DNA of 57,336 nt from a virus. Lineage: Duplodnaviria > Caudoviricetes. A program made the position numbers and the translations under genes. How positions within the stretch are numbered: position 1 is the first letter of the stretch; each line of letters opens with the position of its first letter. The DNA lies in the IMG/VR virus record IMGVR_UViG_3300032329_000679, positions 1 to 57,336 of that record. The stretch is one strand, 5' to 3'. Of the stretch, positions 31,074 through 39,632 are shown in pieces. The notes under the pieces are model-generated. The model was not told the DNA's origin. It worked only from the letters and a program-made list of their open reading frames with translations, and ran no database searches.

Positions 31074-33470
31074 TTATGGACCTCCTACAACGTCTTCATA
31101 TCCGTTAGGTTCTGCTGCGGCTTCTTTAGGCGAAGGCACAGGTGTTTTTAAAATAGTATCCACCAAGGTTTTACCTTCTTTAGGTGCAGCGTTTTTATCA
31201 GTGTCTTGATTAGGCATTTTCATTAGTTTAAGACTTTGTGTGAAAAGCCCATTATTAAATTCATTTTGCACTTCGCCTACTCTATATAATCCACTAAATT
31301 GTGGAACTATTTTACCTTGACCAAATTCATATAAGCCTGTGGTGTAATCAATGTCTATGGGATTCCTGAAGTTCACTGTGATATAAACTTCTGTACTTTG
31401 ACCGTCAATGGCGCCATCATTATTGATGCCCCTTAAATTGGTCTTTTGTGCTGAATAATTTCCCATATTACTATCGCCCAGGTAATAAGGATCACCTAGG
31501 ATTTTTAAATCTAATTGTACCATGTCTAACATGGAATTTATAGCTTCGTTAAATGCTTTTGCAGCCAGTGTACCTGGGTCATCGTCCCCTGTAGGACTTT
31601 TATTACTGCCAATGCTAATGGCATCATTGATTACAGGTGCGCCATCTTTAGCTGGTCTTGCTTCAGTATTAGTAGTAGGAGTTTTACCGCTGTCAGTTTT
31701 AGTTTCACTGGTTGCGTCACTGCCTGTTGTTGATTTGGTCAATACACCTTGATTTCTTTTTCCCATATCTACGGTTAATTGTTTATAGAATCCGTTATTA
31801 AATTCAATATTAAAATCTATGATGTCAATATTTTTTGAAGTATAGATATAGTTGTATTCTTTAAGAGCTACCTTTTTTAAATTTTCTATGCCTTTGGGTC
31901 TGTCTTCTGGCGGTAAAAATCTACTACTATGTATAGCCGACGGTATTACTCTATACACTGCCAAAGTGGCATAGTTTCCAGTTGTTGCTACATTTTCGTC
32001 GGAATCTAAAAGATATAGTTGAGTTTCCACTCTCCACCAAGGAACAAACCCATCATTGTCTACACTTTCCAAGGCCTGTCTTCCATATTGACTGACTAGA
32101 ATTATTTGATTTATCATATTAGGAATATTACTGCCTTGGGCAAACTCTGCTACTCCCTGCTCCGATTCTATTTTAATACTGCCTCTTTTAAATACTCCTG
32201 CTTTGGAATCGTATACTTCGGCTTCTTCACCAAATGCCTGTTTGGCCCGTTGTAAATCGCCAAACCCCATAGTGGATGTGCCTATGGTATTGACATTGTC
32301 TATTTGAATAGGACTAACATCACCTGATACACCTAACCTTTTATAAAGATTCTGATTAATTATTTTTAGATCAGCAGGATTTACTACAGCTCCTGGAGGT
32401 TTATTAATATCTTTATCGCCGCCGTCACTATTAGAAGTTTTAGTATCTATGGGAAAAAGAATTAATATTTTATCTGCTACAGGTGTTTTTTTAGCATCAG
32501 CCTTGTCTTTTTCTATTTTGTTAAGAGTATACTGTAAACTTTTTGGACCACTCTGTAACATTTCCTGAACTGTTTTTCCTTCTATAGTAACTTGACTTTT
32601 GGCCGTGCTTATGGCTGTGCTATAAGCACGTTCGTTCCATGGTATAGCAGTACAATCATAAGTACAGCCATTGCCACTGACCTTCATGCTTATATTCATA
32701 ATTTTTAAAGGAAAATATTTGGTAGCTTTGGGCACTTTGACATTTAACTCGTATTGATCTTTATGTCCTGTAAACTCCAATCTCAACATTATAGGCACAT
32801 TATTCCAAGACTTAGATCCTGATTTATAAACTGCTGCCTGTAGGGTTTGAAAGAATAATCCCAAGCTATAAGGTTCTATAACTTTAAAACTAATACTATT
32901 AGCGTTGGTGTTTCCTGTATTTTTATCTAGTCCTATCAGTCCGCCAATACGAACATTGTCTATGAAAAAGTCAAATTTACCAGAAGGATTTGATGTTTTA
33001 CTTTTGTAATTAGTTAGGGGGATTCTATTATCAGGTTCTCCGCTGCCACTTTTTAATATGATATCTCCTGTAACACCTTTTCTATAAGTTACATCTGGAA
33101 AATTCAAATCATAAGGACGTAATACCCACATGGTCCAGATATAGTTGTAGCTTGCATATTGATTTAGTATGTTTGCAAAAGGAGGCTTTTCTTCTATTTG
33201 TGCAATACTAGTACCTTGTGCAAGACTGCCAAGTATGTCTTGTTTTTGAGCCTGGGTAGAATAGTCAATAATTTGTTGAAATTGGCCAGGGATTCCTGAT
33301 GTTAAATCTTTAAGTAGGCCGCCGGCTCCGGATAATAGTTTATTTGCCACACCACTCAATAGTGATCCAGCTTTATTTTGTAGCCCACTAACTAATCCTG
33401 AACTACTTAGACTTTTATTCACCGCCGAACTTACTAAATTAGTAGCAGCACTACCTAGGTCAAATCCCAT
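31074..33470 (-). CDS. baseplate hub protein (gp27-like)
   Basis: C-terminal LKILGDPYYL...FSGLYRV..V.NEF..GLFTQ.L motif of hub proteins; lies between gp53-like and gp5-like genes. Confidence 0.6.
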   Translation of the reverse strand: MGFDLGSAATNLVSSAVNKSLSSSGLVSGLQNKAGSLLSGVANKLLSGAGGLLKDLTSGIPGQFQQIIDYSTQAQKQDILGSLAQGTSIAQIEEKPPFANILNQYASYNYIWTMWVLRPYDLNFPDVTYRKGVTGDIILKSGSGEPDNRIPLTNYKSKTSNPSGKFDFFIDNVRIGGLIGLDKNTGNTNANSISFKVIEPYSLGLFFQTLQAAVYKSGSKSWNNVPIMLRLEFTGHKDQYELNVKVPKATKYFPLKIMNISMKVSGNGCTYDCTAIPWNERAYSTAISTAKSQVTIEGKTVQEMLQSGPKSLQYTLNKIEKDKADAKKTPVADKILILFPIDTKTSNSDGGDKDINKPPGAVVNPADLKIINQNLYKRLGVSGDVSPIQIDNVNTIGTSTMGFGDLQRAKQAFGEEAEVYDSKAGVFKRGSIKIESEQGVAEFAQGSNIPNMINQIILVSQYGRQALESVDNDGFVPWWRVETQLYLLDSDENVATTGNYATLAVYRVIPSAIHSSRFLPPEDRPKGIENLKKVALKEYNYIYTSKNIDIIDFNIEFNNGFYKQLTVDMGKRNQGVLTKSTTGSDATSETKTDSGKTPTTNTEARPAKDGAPVINDAISIGSNKSPTGDDDPGTLAAKAFNEAINSMLDMVQLDLKILGDPYYLGDSNMGNYSAQKTNLRGINNDGAIDGQSTEVYITVNFRNPIDIDYTTGLYEFGQGKIVPQFSGLYRVGEVQNEFNNGLFTQSLKLMKMPNQDTDKNAAPKEGKTLVDTILKTPVPSPKEAAAEPNGYEDVVGGP

Positions 33471-33471
33471 A

Positions 33472-33771
33472 TTAGGCTCCTAAAACTTTTATTAGACTAG
33501 ACTTTTTTGGTATATAAATTTGTATTCCTGGTATAAAATCAAATACAGGATCTTGTAATACATCTAGATTACGCTGTATAAAAACCCACCAAAGATCCGG
33601 AGTTCCGTATAAATCATAACTTAATAGATCAGGCCTATAACTGTATTGACTTTCTATGGTGTAAAGGAAGTCGTCTGCTTCGGCACTGACTGGCCTGATG
33701 CTCAACAAGTCAAGATAATTCTTATTAGTAGGTGTGTTAAACCAAGGGCTTGTTGAACTATATTCAGCCAT
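33472..33771 (-). CDS. baseplate wedge gp53-like / LysM-like protein
   Basis: RPDLLSYDLYGTPDLWWVF...PGIQIYIP motif. Confidence 0.75.
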   Translation of the reverse strand: MAEYSSTSPWFNTPTNKNYLDLLSIRPVSAEADDFLYTIESQYSYRPDLLSYDLYGTPDLWWVFIQRNLDVLQDPVFDFIPGIQIYIPKKSSLIKVLGA

Positions 33772-34784
33772 TATAGATATCCTTGCCCAACATATCCACC
33801 TTTGATAAAAGTGTTAAGACTGAAATTTCTAATTTTTTCTCTACTATATACCGGTCTAAGATTTACGGTTATTGAACTATTAGTAGGAACATGGGATTCT
33901 CCAGGACCACCTGGCGTTCCTGCACTGCCTTTTGCACCACCCCCAAGAGCGGATACAGCACCTACAAGAGCTGCTCCTGTTTTTACTAGATTAGCTGCTT
34001 TGGTTTGTCCAAATGCACTAAGACCTGTTGACAATAAATTGGCTGTTTTAGACAAGTTATCTGCTCCACTTGACCCACTACCACTAGTACTACTATTTTT
34101 TGCCAAGGGATTTACAGCAATATAATCAACTTCCTTGCCTAATTGTATATTAAAATTTGTAACTACTACAGGAACATTTTTAAAAACAAAATCTCCGTAT
34201 GCACTAAAATTTAATATGGGAGGCGGGTTACCTGGGTTAGAATCCCCAGTATTTCCAGTATACATCTTGGTCACACTTCTTAAAAAATGTAAAACAGCAA
34301 GCCAATATGCTGCCTGATCAGAATCTTCTACAGGAAAATCACCCACTACACTAATTTCATTTACTCTACTGCTCTGATAGTAAACAAATTGATAGTTAGA
34401 ATGAGTCATAGCTTGATCACTGTAACCAGCTGAACTACCTATGCTTATAGTGGGAGTATAGGGAAATATCAATCCTCCTGTCTGTTTAATCGGTGCAAGA
34501 ATCGGTGCATTATCAAAAAACGATGTATCAAGTATGTTCAATCTTGCTCGCCAATCATTGTTAGTATCGGCCATCTTGGCCGTTGCCATTGGACTATCGG
34601 ATTTAACTTCTCCGCCTTTGGGTAAGTTGAAAGATCGAATAGTACTCATTACTTTACTAGGATTTGATAAATTATTAGCAATAGTACTCAATTTATTGAC
34701 CGTATTGAGACCGTTTGCTATAGCACCAAACGTACTCGATGACTGATCTACTGCCGATTTTACACTGTCAAAAAAACTAGGCAT
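33771..34784 (-). CDS. baseplate-tail tube initiator (gp48/gp54-like); start revised from 34802 to 34784
   Basis: FPYTP and GNPPPILNFSAYG..VF.NVPVVVTNF motifs. A GGAG SD lies 7 nt before the ATG at 34784. Confidence 0.6.
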   Translation of the reverse strand: MPSFFDSVKSAVDQSSSTFGAIANGLNTVNKLSTIANNLSNPSKVMSTIRSFNLPKGGEVKSDSPMATAKMADTNNDWRARLNILDTSFFDNAPILAPIKQTGGLIFPYTPTISIGSSAGYSDQAMTHSNYQFVYYQSSRVNEISVVGDFPVEDSDQAAYWLAVLHFLRSVTKMYTGNTGDSNPGNPPPILNFSAYGDFVFKNVPVVVTNFNIQLGKEVDYIAVNPLAKNSSTSGSGSSGADNLSKTANLLSTGLSAFGQTKAANLVKTGAALVGAVSALGGGAKGSAGTPGGPGESHVPTNSSITVNLRPVYSREKIRNFSLNTFIKGGYVGQGYL

Positions 34785-34803
34785 AATCATGCTCCTTGGC
34801 AAA

Positions 34804-34810
34804 TATTTAG
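34804..34810 (-). promoter_or_regulatory. late promoter variant (CTAAATA) for the leftward baseplate operon
   Basis: Sits at the strand switch just upstream of the GGAG SD. Confidence 0.55.
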
Positions 34811-34839
34811 TTGACTTTTAAAAGTACGTATATTATAAT
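34811..34839 (+). promoter_or_regulatory. sigma70-type promoter TTGACT-N17-TATAAT for the gp55-gp47-gp46 operon
   Basis: -35 at 34811-34816, -10 at 34834-34839, exact 17-nt spacer; AGGAG SD at 34852-34856. Confidence 0.8.
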
Positions 34840-34861
34840 AATTCTGACCTTAGGAGTCTTA

Positions 34862-35683
34862 ATGACCACAAACTATCTTAATAATCGAGATCTGCTAGAG
34901 GAAATTCATAGAAGTAAAAATTCTTACTCTAGCTATACTAAACCAGAATACCATCAGTATGATATCATACTACCCAATGTTGAAAAAATCAATATTAGAA
35001 CTGTGGCTGACGCCAAACGCAGTCGTGCCAAAAGAATAGGCGACGAAAATTATTCAAGAAGAAAAGCCGCAGGAGAAAAAGTCAAAATAGCTGATTGCGA
35101 AATTGACTACAAAAAAATTCCAAAGATTGATTTGGTATTCAGGATCATGACTTATGAACATATTCCTGTGAACAAAACAAGAAAAAAAGTTCAAAAGTCC
35201 GAAGCTGATGGAAGAGATAAAGTGAATTTTCCTCCTTTCCAACATTGGAAATTTGACGATAATGATGAATTAATTTGTGTAGGCCGTAGTCACTGGAAAG
35301 GTACCGTGGACAAAGGACGATTTAGCAAAGATCATGGCCAGATTACTGACACACTAGCACGTATGTATATCAAATTGTGTGAACGTTATGCTACCCGAGG
35401 TAATGTCAGAGGCTATACCTACAACGATGAAATGCGAGCACAAGCTATTTTACAACTGACTCAAGTGGGTTTACAATTTGACGAATCAAAAAGTAATAAT
35501 CCTTTTGCATACTTCACTGCCGCAGTGACTAATAGCTTTGTACGAATTATTAATATTGAAAAGAAAAATCAAAACATTCGAGACGATATCCTAGAAATGA
35601 ATGACATGGCTCCCAGTTATACTAGAACCAGTAACGCTGAATACTCAGCAGGACTACGTAGATTTGAACGTGAGGAAGAATGA
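34862..35683 (+). CDS. gp55: late-transcription sigma factor, T4 gp55-like; start revised to ATG 34862
   Basis: NYLNNRDLL, N.RGYTYNDEM and FDESKSNNPFAYFT motifs; adjacent to gp47/gp46 as in T4. Confidence 0.85.
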   Translation: MTTNYLNNRDLLEEIHRSKNSYSSYTKPEYHQYDIILPNVEKINIRTVADAKRSRAKRIGDENYSRRKAAGEKVKIADCEIDYKKIPKIDLVFRIMTYEHIPVNKTRKKVQKSEADGRDKVNFPPFQHWKFDDNDELICVGRSHWKGTVDKGRFSKDHGQITDTLARMYIKLCERYATRGNVRGYTYNDEMRAQAILQLTQVGLQFDESKSNNPFAYFTAAVTNSFVRIINIEKKNQNIRDDILEMNDMAPSYTRTSNAEYSAGLRRFEREEE

Positions 35684-36693
35684 CAAATCTTTTTAAACGT
35701 GTGGCCCTATTCACAGACATACACTTTGGACTTAAAAGTAACAGCGCCACACACAATCAAGACTGTGAAGATTTTGTAGATTGGTACATTAGCAAAGCAA
35801 AGGAGTTAGACTGTGATGTTGGGATTTTTATGGGCGATTGGCATCATAACCGTAATAGTCTTAATATTACGACCATGGATTATAGTCTTAGAGCCTTGGA
35901 AAAACTGGGGCAAGCCTTTGATCGTTTTTATTTTTTTCCTGGCAATCATGACTTATACTACAAAGACAAACGCGATATTCATAGCGTAGAATTTGGCAAG
36001 TATATACCAGGAATTACCGTAGTACACAAGCCCATGACAGAAGGCAATGTGACCATGTGCCCTTGGCTAGTGGGAGACGAATGGCGAAGTATAGGTAAAC
36101 GAGGTGGCAAATATATCTTTGGTCACTTTGAATTGCCTAGCTTTTTTATGAATGCCATGGTACAGATGCCAGATCATGGCGAAATTAAATTAGAACATTT
36201 TCAAAATTACGAACTTGGCTTCAGTGGACACTTCCATAAACGTCAACAACAAAAGAACATGATCTATATTGGCAATGCATTCCCGCACAATTACGCTGAT
36301 GCTTGGGACGATGATCGTGGCATGTGCGTATTAGAATGGGGAGGGCAACCAGAATACTACAGCTGGCCCGATCAACCTACTTTTAGAACTATTAAACTTA
36401 GCGAACTGATTGACAACGGCGCTAAAATTATCAAGCCTAAACAACATCTTAGAGTCACATTGGACATTGATATTAGCTATGAAGAAGCTAGTTTTATTAA
36501 AGAAACTTACTTGGCAGATTATGACATTAGAGAATTGACCTTGATTCCAGAAAAGCGCGAAGTAGAATTGACCAGCGACACTGATATTAAGGCATTTGAA
36601 AGCGTGGATCAAATTGTGACCAATCAATTGATCAGCGTGGAAAGTGACACTTATGACGTAAACCTTCTATTAGACATTTACAATAACCTATGA
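35680..36693 (+). CDS. gp47: recombination endonuclease subunit, gp47 / Mre11-SbcD-like
   Basis: Metallophosphoesterase motifs DIHFG, GDWHH, GNHD and SGHFH. Confidence 0.9.
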   Translation: MTNLFKRVALFTDIHFGLKSNSATHNQDCEDFVDWYISKAKELDCDVGIFMGDWHHNRNSLNITTMDYSLRALEKLGQAFDRFYFFPGNHDLYYKDKRDIHSVEFGKYIPGITVVHKPMTEGNVTMCPWLVGDEWRSIGKRGGKYIFGHFELPSFFMNAMVQMPDHGEIKLEHFQNYELGFSGHFHKRQQQKNMIYIGNAFPHNYADAWDDDRGMCVLEWGGQPEYYSWPDQPTFRTIKLSELIDNGAKIIKPKQHLRVTLDIDISYEEASFIKETYLADYDIRELTLIPEKREVELTSDTDIKAFESVDQIVTNQLISVESDTYDVNLLLDIYNNL

Positions 36694-38468
36694 TTCGTAT
36701 TAAAGATTTAACTGTTAAAAATTTCATGAGCGTGGGTAATCAAACCCAAGCTGTAGATTTTTGCAAAGAACAACTGACACTGGTCTTAGGTGAAAACTTA
36801 GATCAAGGCGGTGATGACAGCGGCAGTCGCAACGGCACAGGCAAAACTACTATTGTCAATGCCTTAAGTTATGCCTTATTTGGTCAGGCTCTTACTAACA
36901 TTAAGAAAGATAACTTAGTCAACAAGACTAATAATAAGAACATGATTGTCACACTGAATTTTGAAAAAAGTGGTGTGAGCTATAAAATAGAACGTGGTCG
37001 CAGACCTAATATTTTTAAATTTTTTATCAATGGCGAAGAACAGGACACTGACAATATTGACGAAAGTCAAGGTGATGTTAGAGAAACTCAGCGTGATTTA
37101 GATGCACTGTTAGGCATGAGTCACGACATGTTCAAACATATTGTGGCACTTAATACCTATACCGAACCATTCCTCAGTATGCGAGCCGCTGATCAAAGAA
37201 TGATCATTGAACAATTACTGGGCGTTACCTTGCTTAGTGAAAAAAGTGAAAGCCTGAAAGAATTAGTTAGACTAACTAAGGAAGAAATTAATCAAGAATC
37301 TGCCAATATCGAAGCCACTAAAAAAAGTAATGATCGTATTGAACAAAGTATTACTGGTTTAGAAACCAAGCAACGAGCATGGCGTAAACAGCAAAAAGAT
37401 GATTGCGAAAAGGTTGCTGAAAAGATTTTAGAACTACAAAACATTGACATTGAACAAGAACTAGCACAACATGCTCTACTAAAAAGTTATGACGAGTTGT
37501 CAGCTAAAATTCGAAGTCTCAACAAGGAAAAATCCACTTTAGAAACTGCTGTTGGGCAGGCTGAAAAGTCTGTGAACAAATATAAAAAAGAAGTGGAGCA
37601 ACTGGCCGATAAGACTTGCCATGCTTGTCAACAACAGTTATTGGATCATAAACATGGTGAAATGACTGAGACTGCCTTGGCTAATTTCAATGAAGCTAAA
37701 GAATATTTCAAAAAAACTTCGGCCAGTTTGAAAAAGATTCAAAAAGAAATCAAGGATATTGGTGATATCAATGGTCGTCCTGAAACATTTTACGACACCG
37801 TAGAACAGGCCTTAAAACATCAAAACAATTTGACCAGTTTGGAAGAAGCACTTGTCAAACGTAATGATGATGTGGATCCTTATCAAGAACAGATTGACGA
37901 ACTACGCAACACAGCCATACAGGAAGTAAGTTGGGACCATGTTAACCAATTAAACAAACTAAAAGAGCATCAGGAATTTTTACTTAAATTATTGACCAGC
38001 AAGGACAGTTTTATTCGTAAGAAAATTATTGATCAAAACTTGGCCTATCTCAATAATAGACTAACCTACTATCTAGACAAAATGGGATTGCCACATGTTG
38101 TTAGATTTCAAAATGATCTCACTGTGGAAATTACACAGTTGGGTCAAGACTTGGATTTTGACAACTTGTCACGTGGCGAACGTAATAGATTAATCTTAGG
38201 TCTAAGCTGGAGTTTCCGTGATGTGTGGGAAAGCTTATATGACAATATTAATTTATTGTTCATTGACGAACTTATTGACAACGGATTAGATGCTAGTGGA
38301 GTAGAGGGTGCGTTGGCTGTACTTAAAAAGATGGCACGTGAACGTAACAAAAATATCTACTTGATCAGTCACAAGGATGAATTGATTGGCCGTGTAAACA
38401 ATGTGTTAAAGGTCATCAAGGAAAATGGTTATACTAGCTATGCCAATGATTTGGAGGTAGTAGAATGA
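36690..38468 (+). CDS. gp46: recombination ATPase subunit, gp46 / Rad50-SbcC-like
   Basis: Walker A NGTGKTT, zinc-hook CHAC, signature LSRGE, Walker B LFIDE, and ISH. Confidence 0.92.
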   Translation: MIRIKDLTVKNFMSVGNQTQAVDFCKEQLTLVLGENLDQGGDDSGSRNGTGKTTIVNALSYALFGQALTNIKKDNLVNKTNNKNMIVTLNFEKSGVSYKIERGRRPNIFKFFINGEEQDTDNIDESQGDVRETQRDLDALLGMSHDMFKHIVALNTYTEPFLSMRAADQRMIIEQLLGVTLLSEKSESLKELVRLTKEEINQESANIEATKKSNDRIEQSITGLETKQRAWRKQQKDDCEKVAEKILELQNIDIEQELAQHALLKSYDELSAKIRSLNKEKSTLETAVGQAEKSVNKYKKEVEQLADKTCHACQQQLLDHKHGEMTETALANFNEAKEYFKKTSASLKKIQKEIKDIGDINGRPETFYDTVEQALKHQNNLTSLEEALVKRNDDVDPYQEQIDELRNTAIQEVSWDHVNQLNKLKEHQEFLLKLLTSKDSFIRKKIIDQNLAYLNNRLTYYLDKMGLPHVVRFQNDLTVEITQLGQDLDFDNLSRGERNRLILGLSWSFRDVWESLYDNINLLFIDELIDNGLDASGVEGALAVLKKMARERNKNIYLISHKDELIGRVNNVLKVIKENGYTSYANDLEVVE

Positions 38469-38719
38469 TTCCGAGAGATGAAAAAACTCATGACGAACTC
38501 ATGGAAGCTTTTAGAGAATATTTTAAAGCTAATCAAAAATGGATGGATAGAGGTTCACGAAGAGCCGGCATGGATACTAGGTTATGGCTGTTAAGAATTT
38601 ATAATATAGCACGTAATCGAAGACATGCTATCATGGATTGGCGTAAAGAATTAGATCAATTAAAGGCACAGAAAAAATTTCAAAAGGCACAGGCACAGGC
38701 ACAAAAAGACGCTATATAG
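38465..38719 (+). CDS. small basic protein, possibly histone H1-like Hc1 family
   Basis: GSRRAGMDTR...IARNRR..I resembles the G.KAAG.RARK pattern of Hc1-like proteins (recognised by eye). Confidence 0.45.
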   Translation: MIPRDEKTHDELMEAFREYFKANQKWMDRGSRRAGMDTRLWLLRIYNIARNRRHAIMDWRKELDQLKAQKKFQKAQAQAQKDAI

Positions 38720-38722
38720 TTG

Positions 38723-39160
38723 ATGTCATGGTATTATGAAAATCAACTAGTCACAGAAATATCAGAAGATTACATAGGCTTCGTTTACATCATAACAAAC
38801 TTAACCACAAATAAAAAATACATAGGCAAAAAACTAGCCAAGTTCGCTAAGACCACTTATAAAGTTGTCAAGTTGAAAAACGGCACAAAGAAAAGAAAAA
38901 AGATTCGAGGCAAAATAGAAAGTGACTGGCAAGAATATTATGGCTCCAACGATGAACTCAACAAAGACGTATTAAAATTAGGCAAAGAAAATTTTAGGCG
39001 AGAAATTTTATATTACTGCAAGACCAAAAGCGAATGTAGTTACATAGAGGCAAGAGAACAATTTTCAAGGCGTGTATTAGAAAGCGACGATTACTACAAC
39101 GGGCATATTCAGGTCAGAGTTCACGGCAAACACATCATAGGCAAACAGTTAAACGGTTAA
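38723..39160 (+). CDS. stand-alone GIY-YIG family endonuclease (ATG 38723; the track starts at TTG 38720)
   Basis: GFVYIITN...KKYIGKK, YYGS, conserved E (IEAREQ) and YYN; no C-terminal DNA-binding extension. Confidence 0.75.
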   Translation: MSWYYENQLVTEISEDYIGFVYIITNLTTNKKYIGKKLAKFAKTTYKVVKLKNGTKKRKKIRGKIESDWQEYYGSNDELNKDVLKLGKENFRREILYYCKTKSECSYIEAREQFSRRVLESDDYYNGHIQVRVHGKHIIGKQLNG

Positions 39161-39615
39161 GGCTAGCGCAGGCTAATTTCATGCGCCTCTAAACCTGGAC
39201 ATCGGTGTCACAGGGACGAGAAACTCTGGCCGTTCGGAGGACTCAACCACTACCCGCAAGGATGAGGATAGCAAAATGCCGCTATTTGGTTGTTTGAAAA
39301 GGATTAACAGGCTAAAAGAAGGGGCTCTGATGAAAAAGATACAACCCCAAAGTAGTTAGGCAAGACTATATTTGTTTAATTATTTCCCGTCGTATAGAAG
39401 ACTGGGCTCGAGGTACAGGATGACCGCCTCTGTAATGCCCTAATATAGTATCGGACTAAGCAACTCGCATAATGTCTTTTTTTCTCCCGGCAACGGGAGA
39501 AGTACGTCCACGCAATCTGCATAATATATCAGCTACGCAGTGTTTATTATTAACAACAAAGAAAGAAAAAAGTTTTAAGACGTGAGTCTTAAAACAGAGT
39601 GAGCTTGCTCACTCT
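39161..39615 (+). ncRNA. putative large structured non-coding RNA or cis element
   Basis: The only long ORF-free gap in the window, with about 10 helices, GCAA/GUGA/CUUG loops, G-U pairs favouring the + strand and a predicted pseudoknot (see findings). Confidence 0.65.
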
Positions 39616-39619
39616 CGAA

Positions 39620-39627
39620 TATAAATA
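39620..39627 (+). promoter_or_regulatory. T4-type late promoter TATAAATA
   Basis: Exact consensus, 5 nt before ATG 39633. Confidence 0.75.
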
Positions 39628-39632
39628 ATCAT

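Noticed and set aside
34785-34861. ORF-track starts at 34802 (-) and 34811 (+)
   Set aside because: Both TTG starts fall in the promoter region (34811 is the -35 box). SD-supported ATGs are at 34784 and 34862.
39161-39615. Group I intron with a GIY-YIG homing endonuclease (AGACTATA...ATATAGT resembles P7 elements)
   Set aside because: No interrupted host gene and no room for a 5' intron part: the upstream genes are intact and abutting, and the downstream gene has its own promoter. Canonical P4/P6 and J8/7 sequences are not evident. A derived intron remnant cannot be fully excluded without a covariance model search.
39161-39615. tRNA, tmRNA, RNase P RNA or CRISPR array
   Set aside because: I found no cloverleaf with a T-loop, no tag ORF with tRNA-like ends, no RNase P P4 signature and no repeat-spacer periodicity
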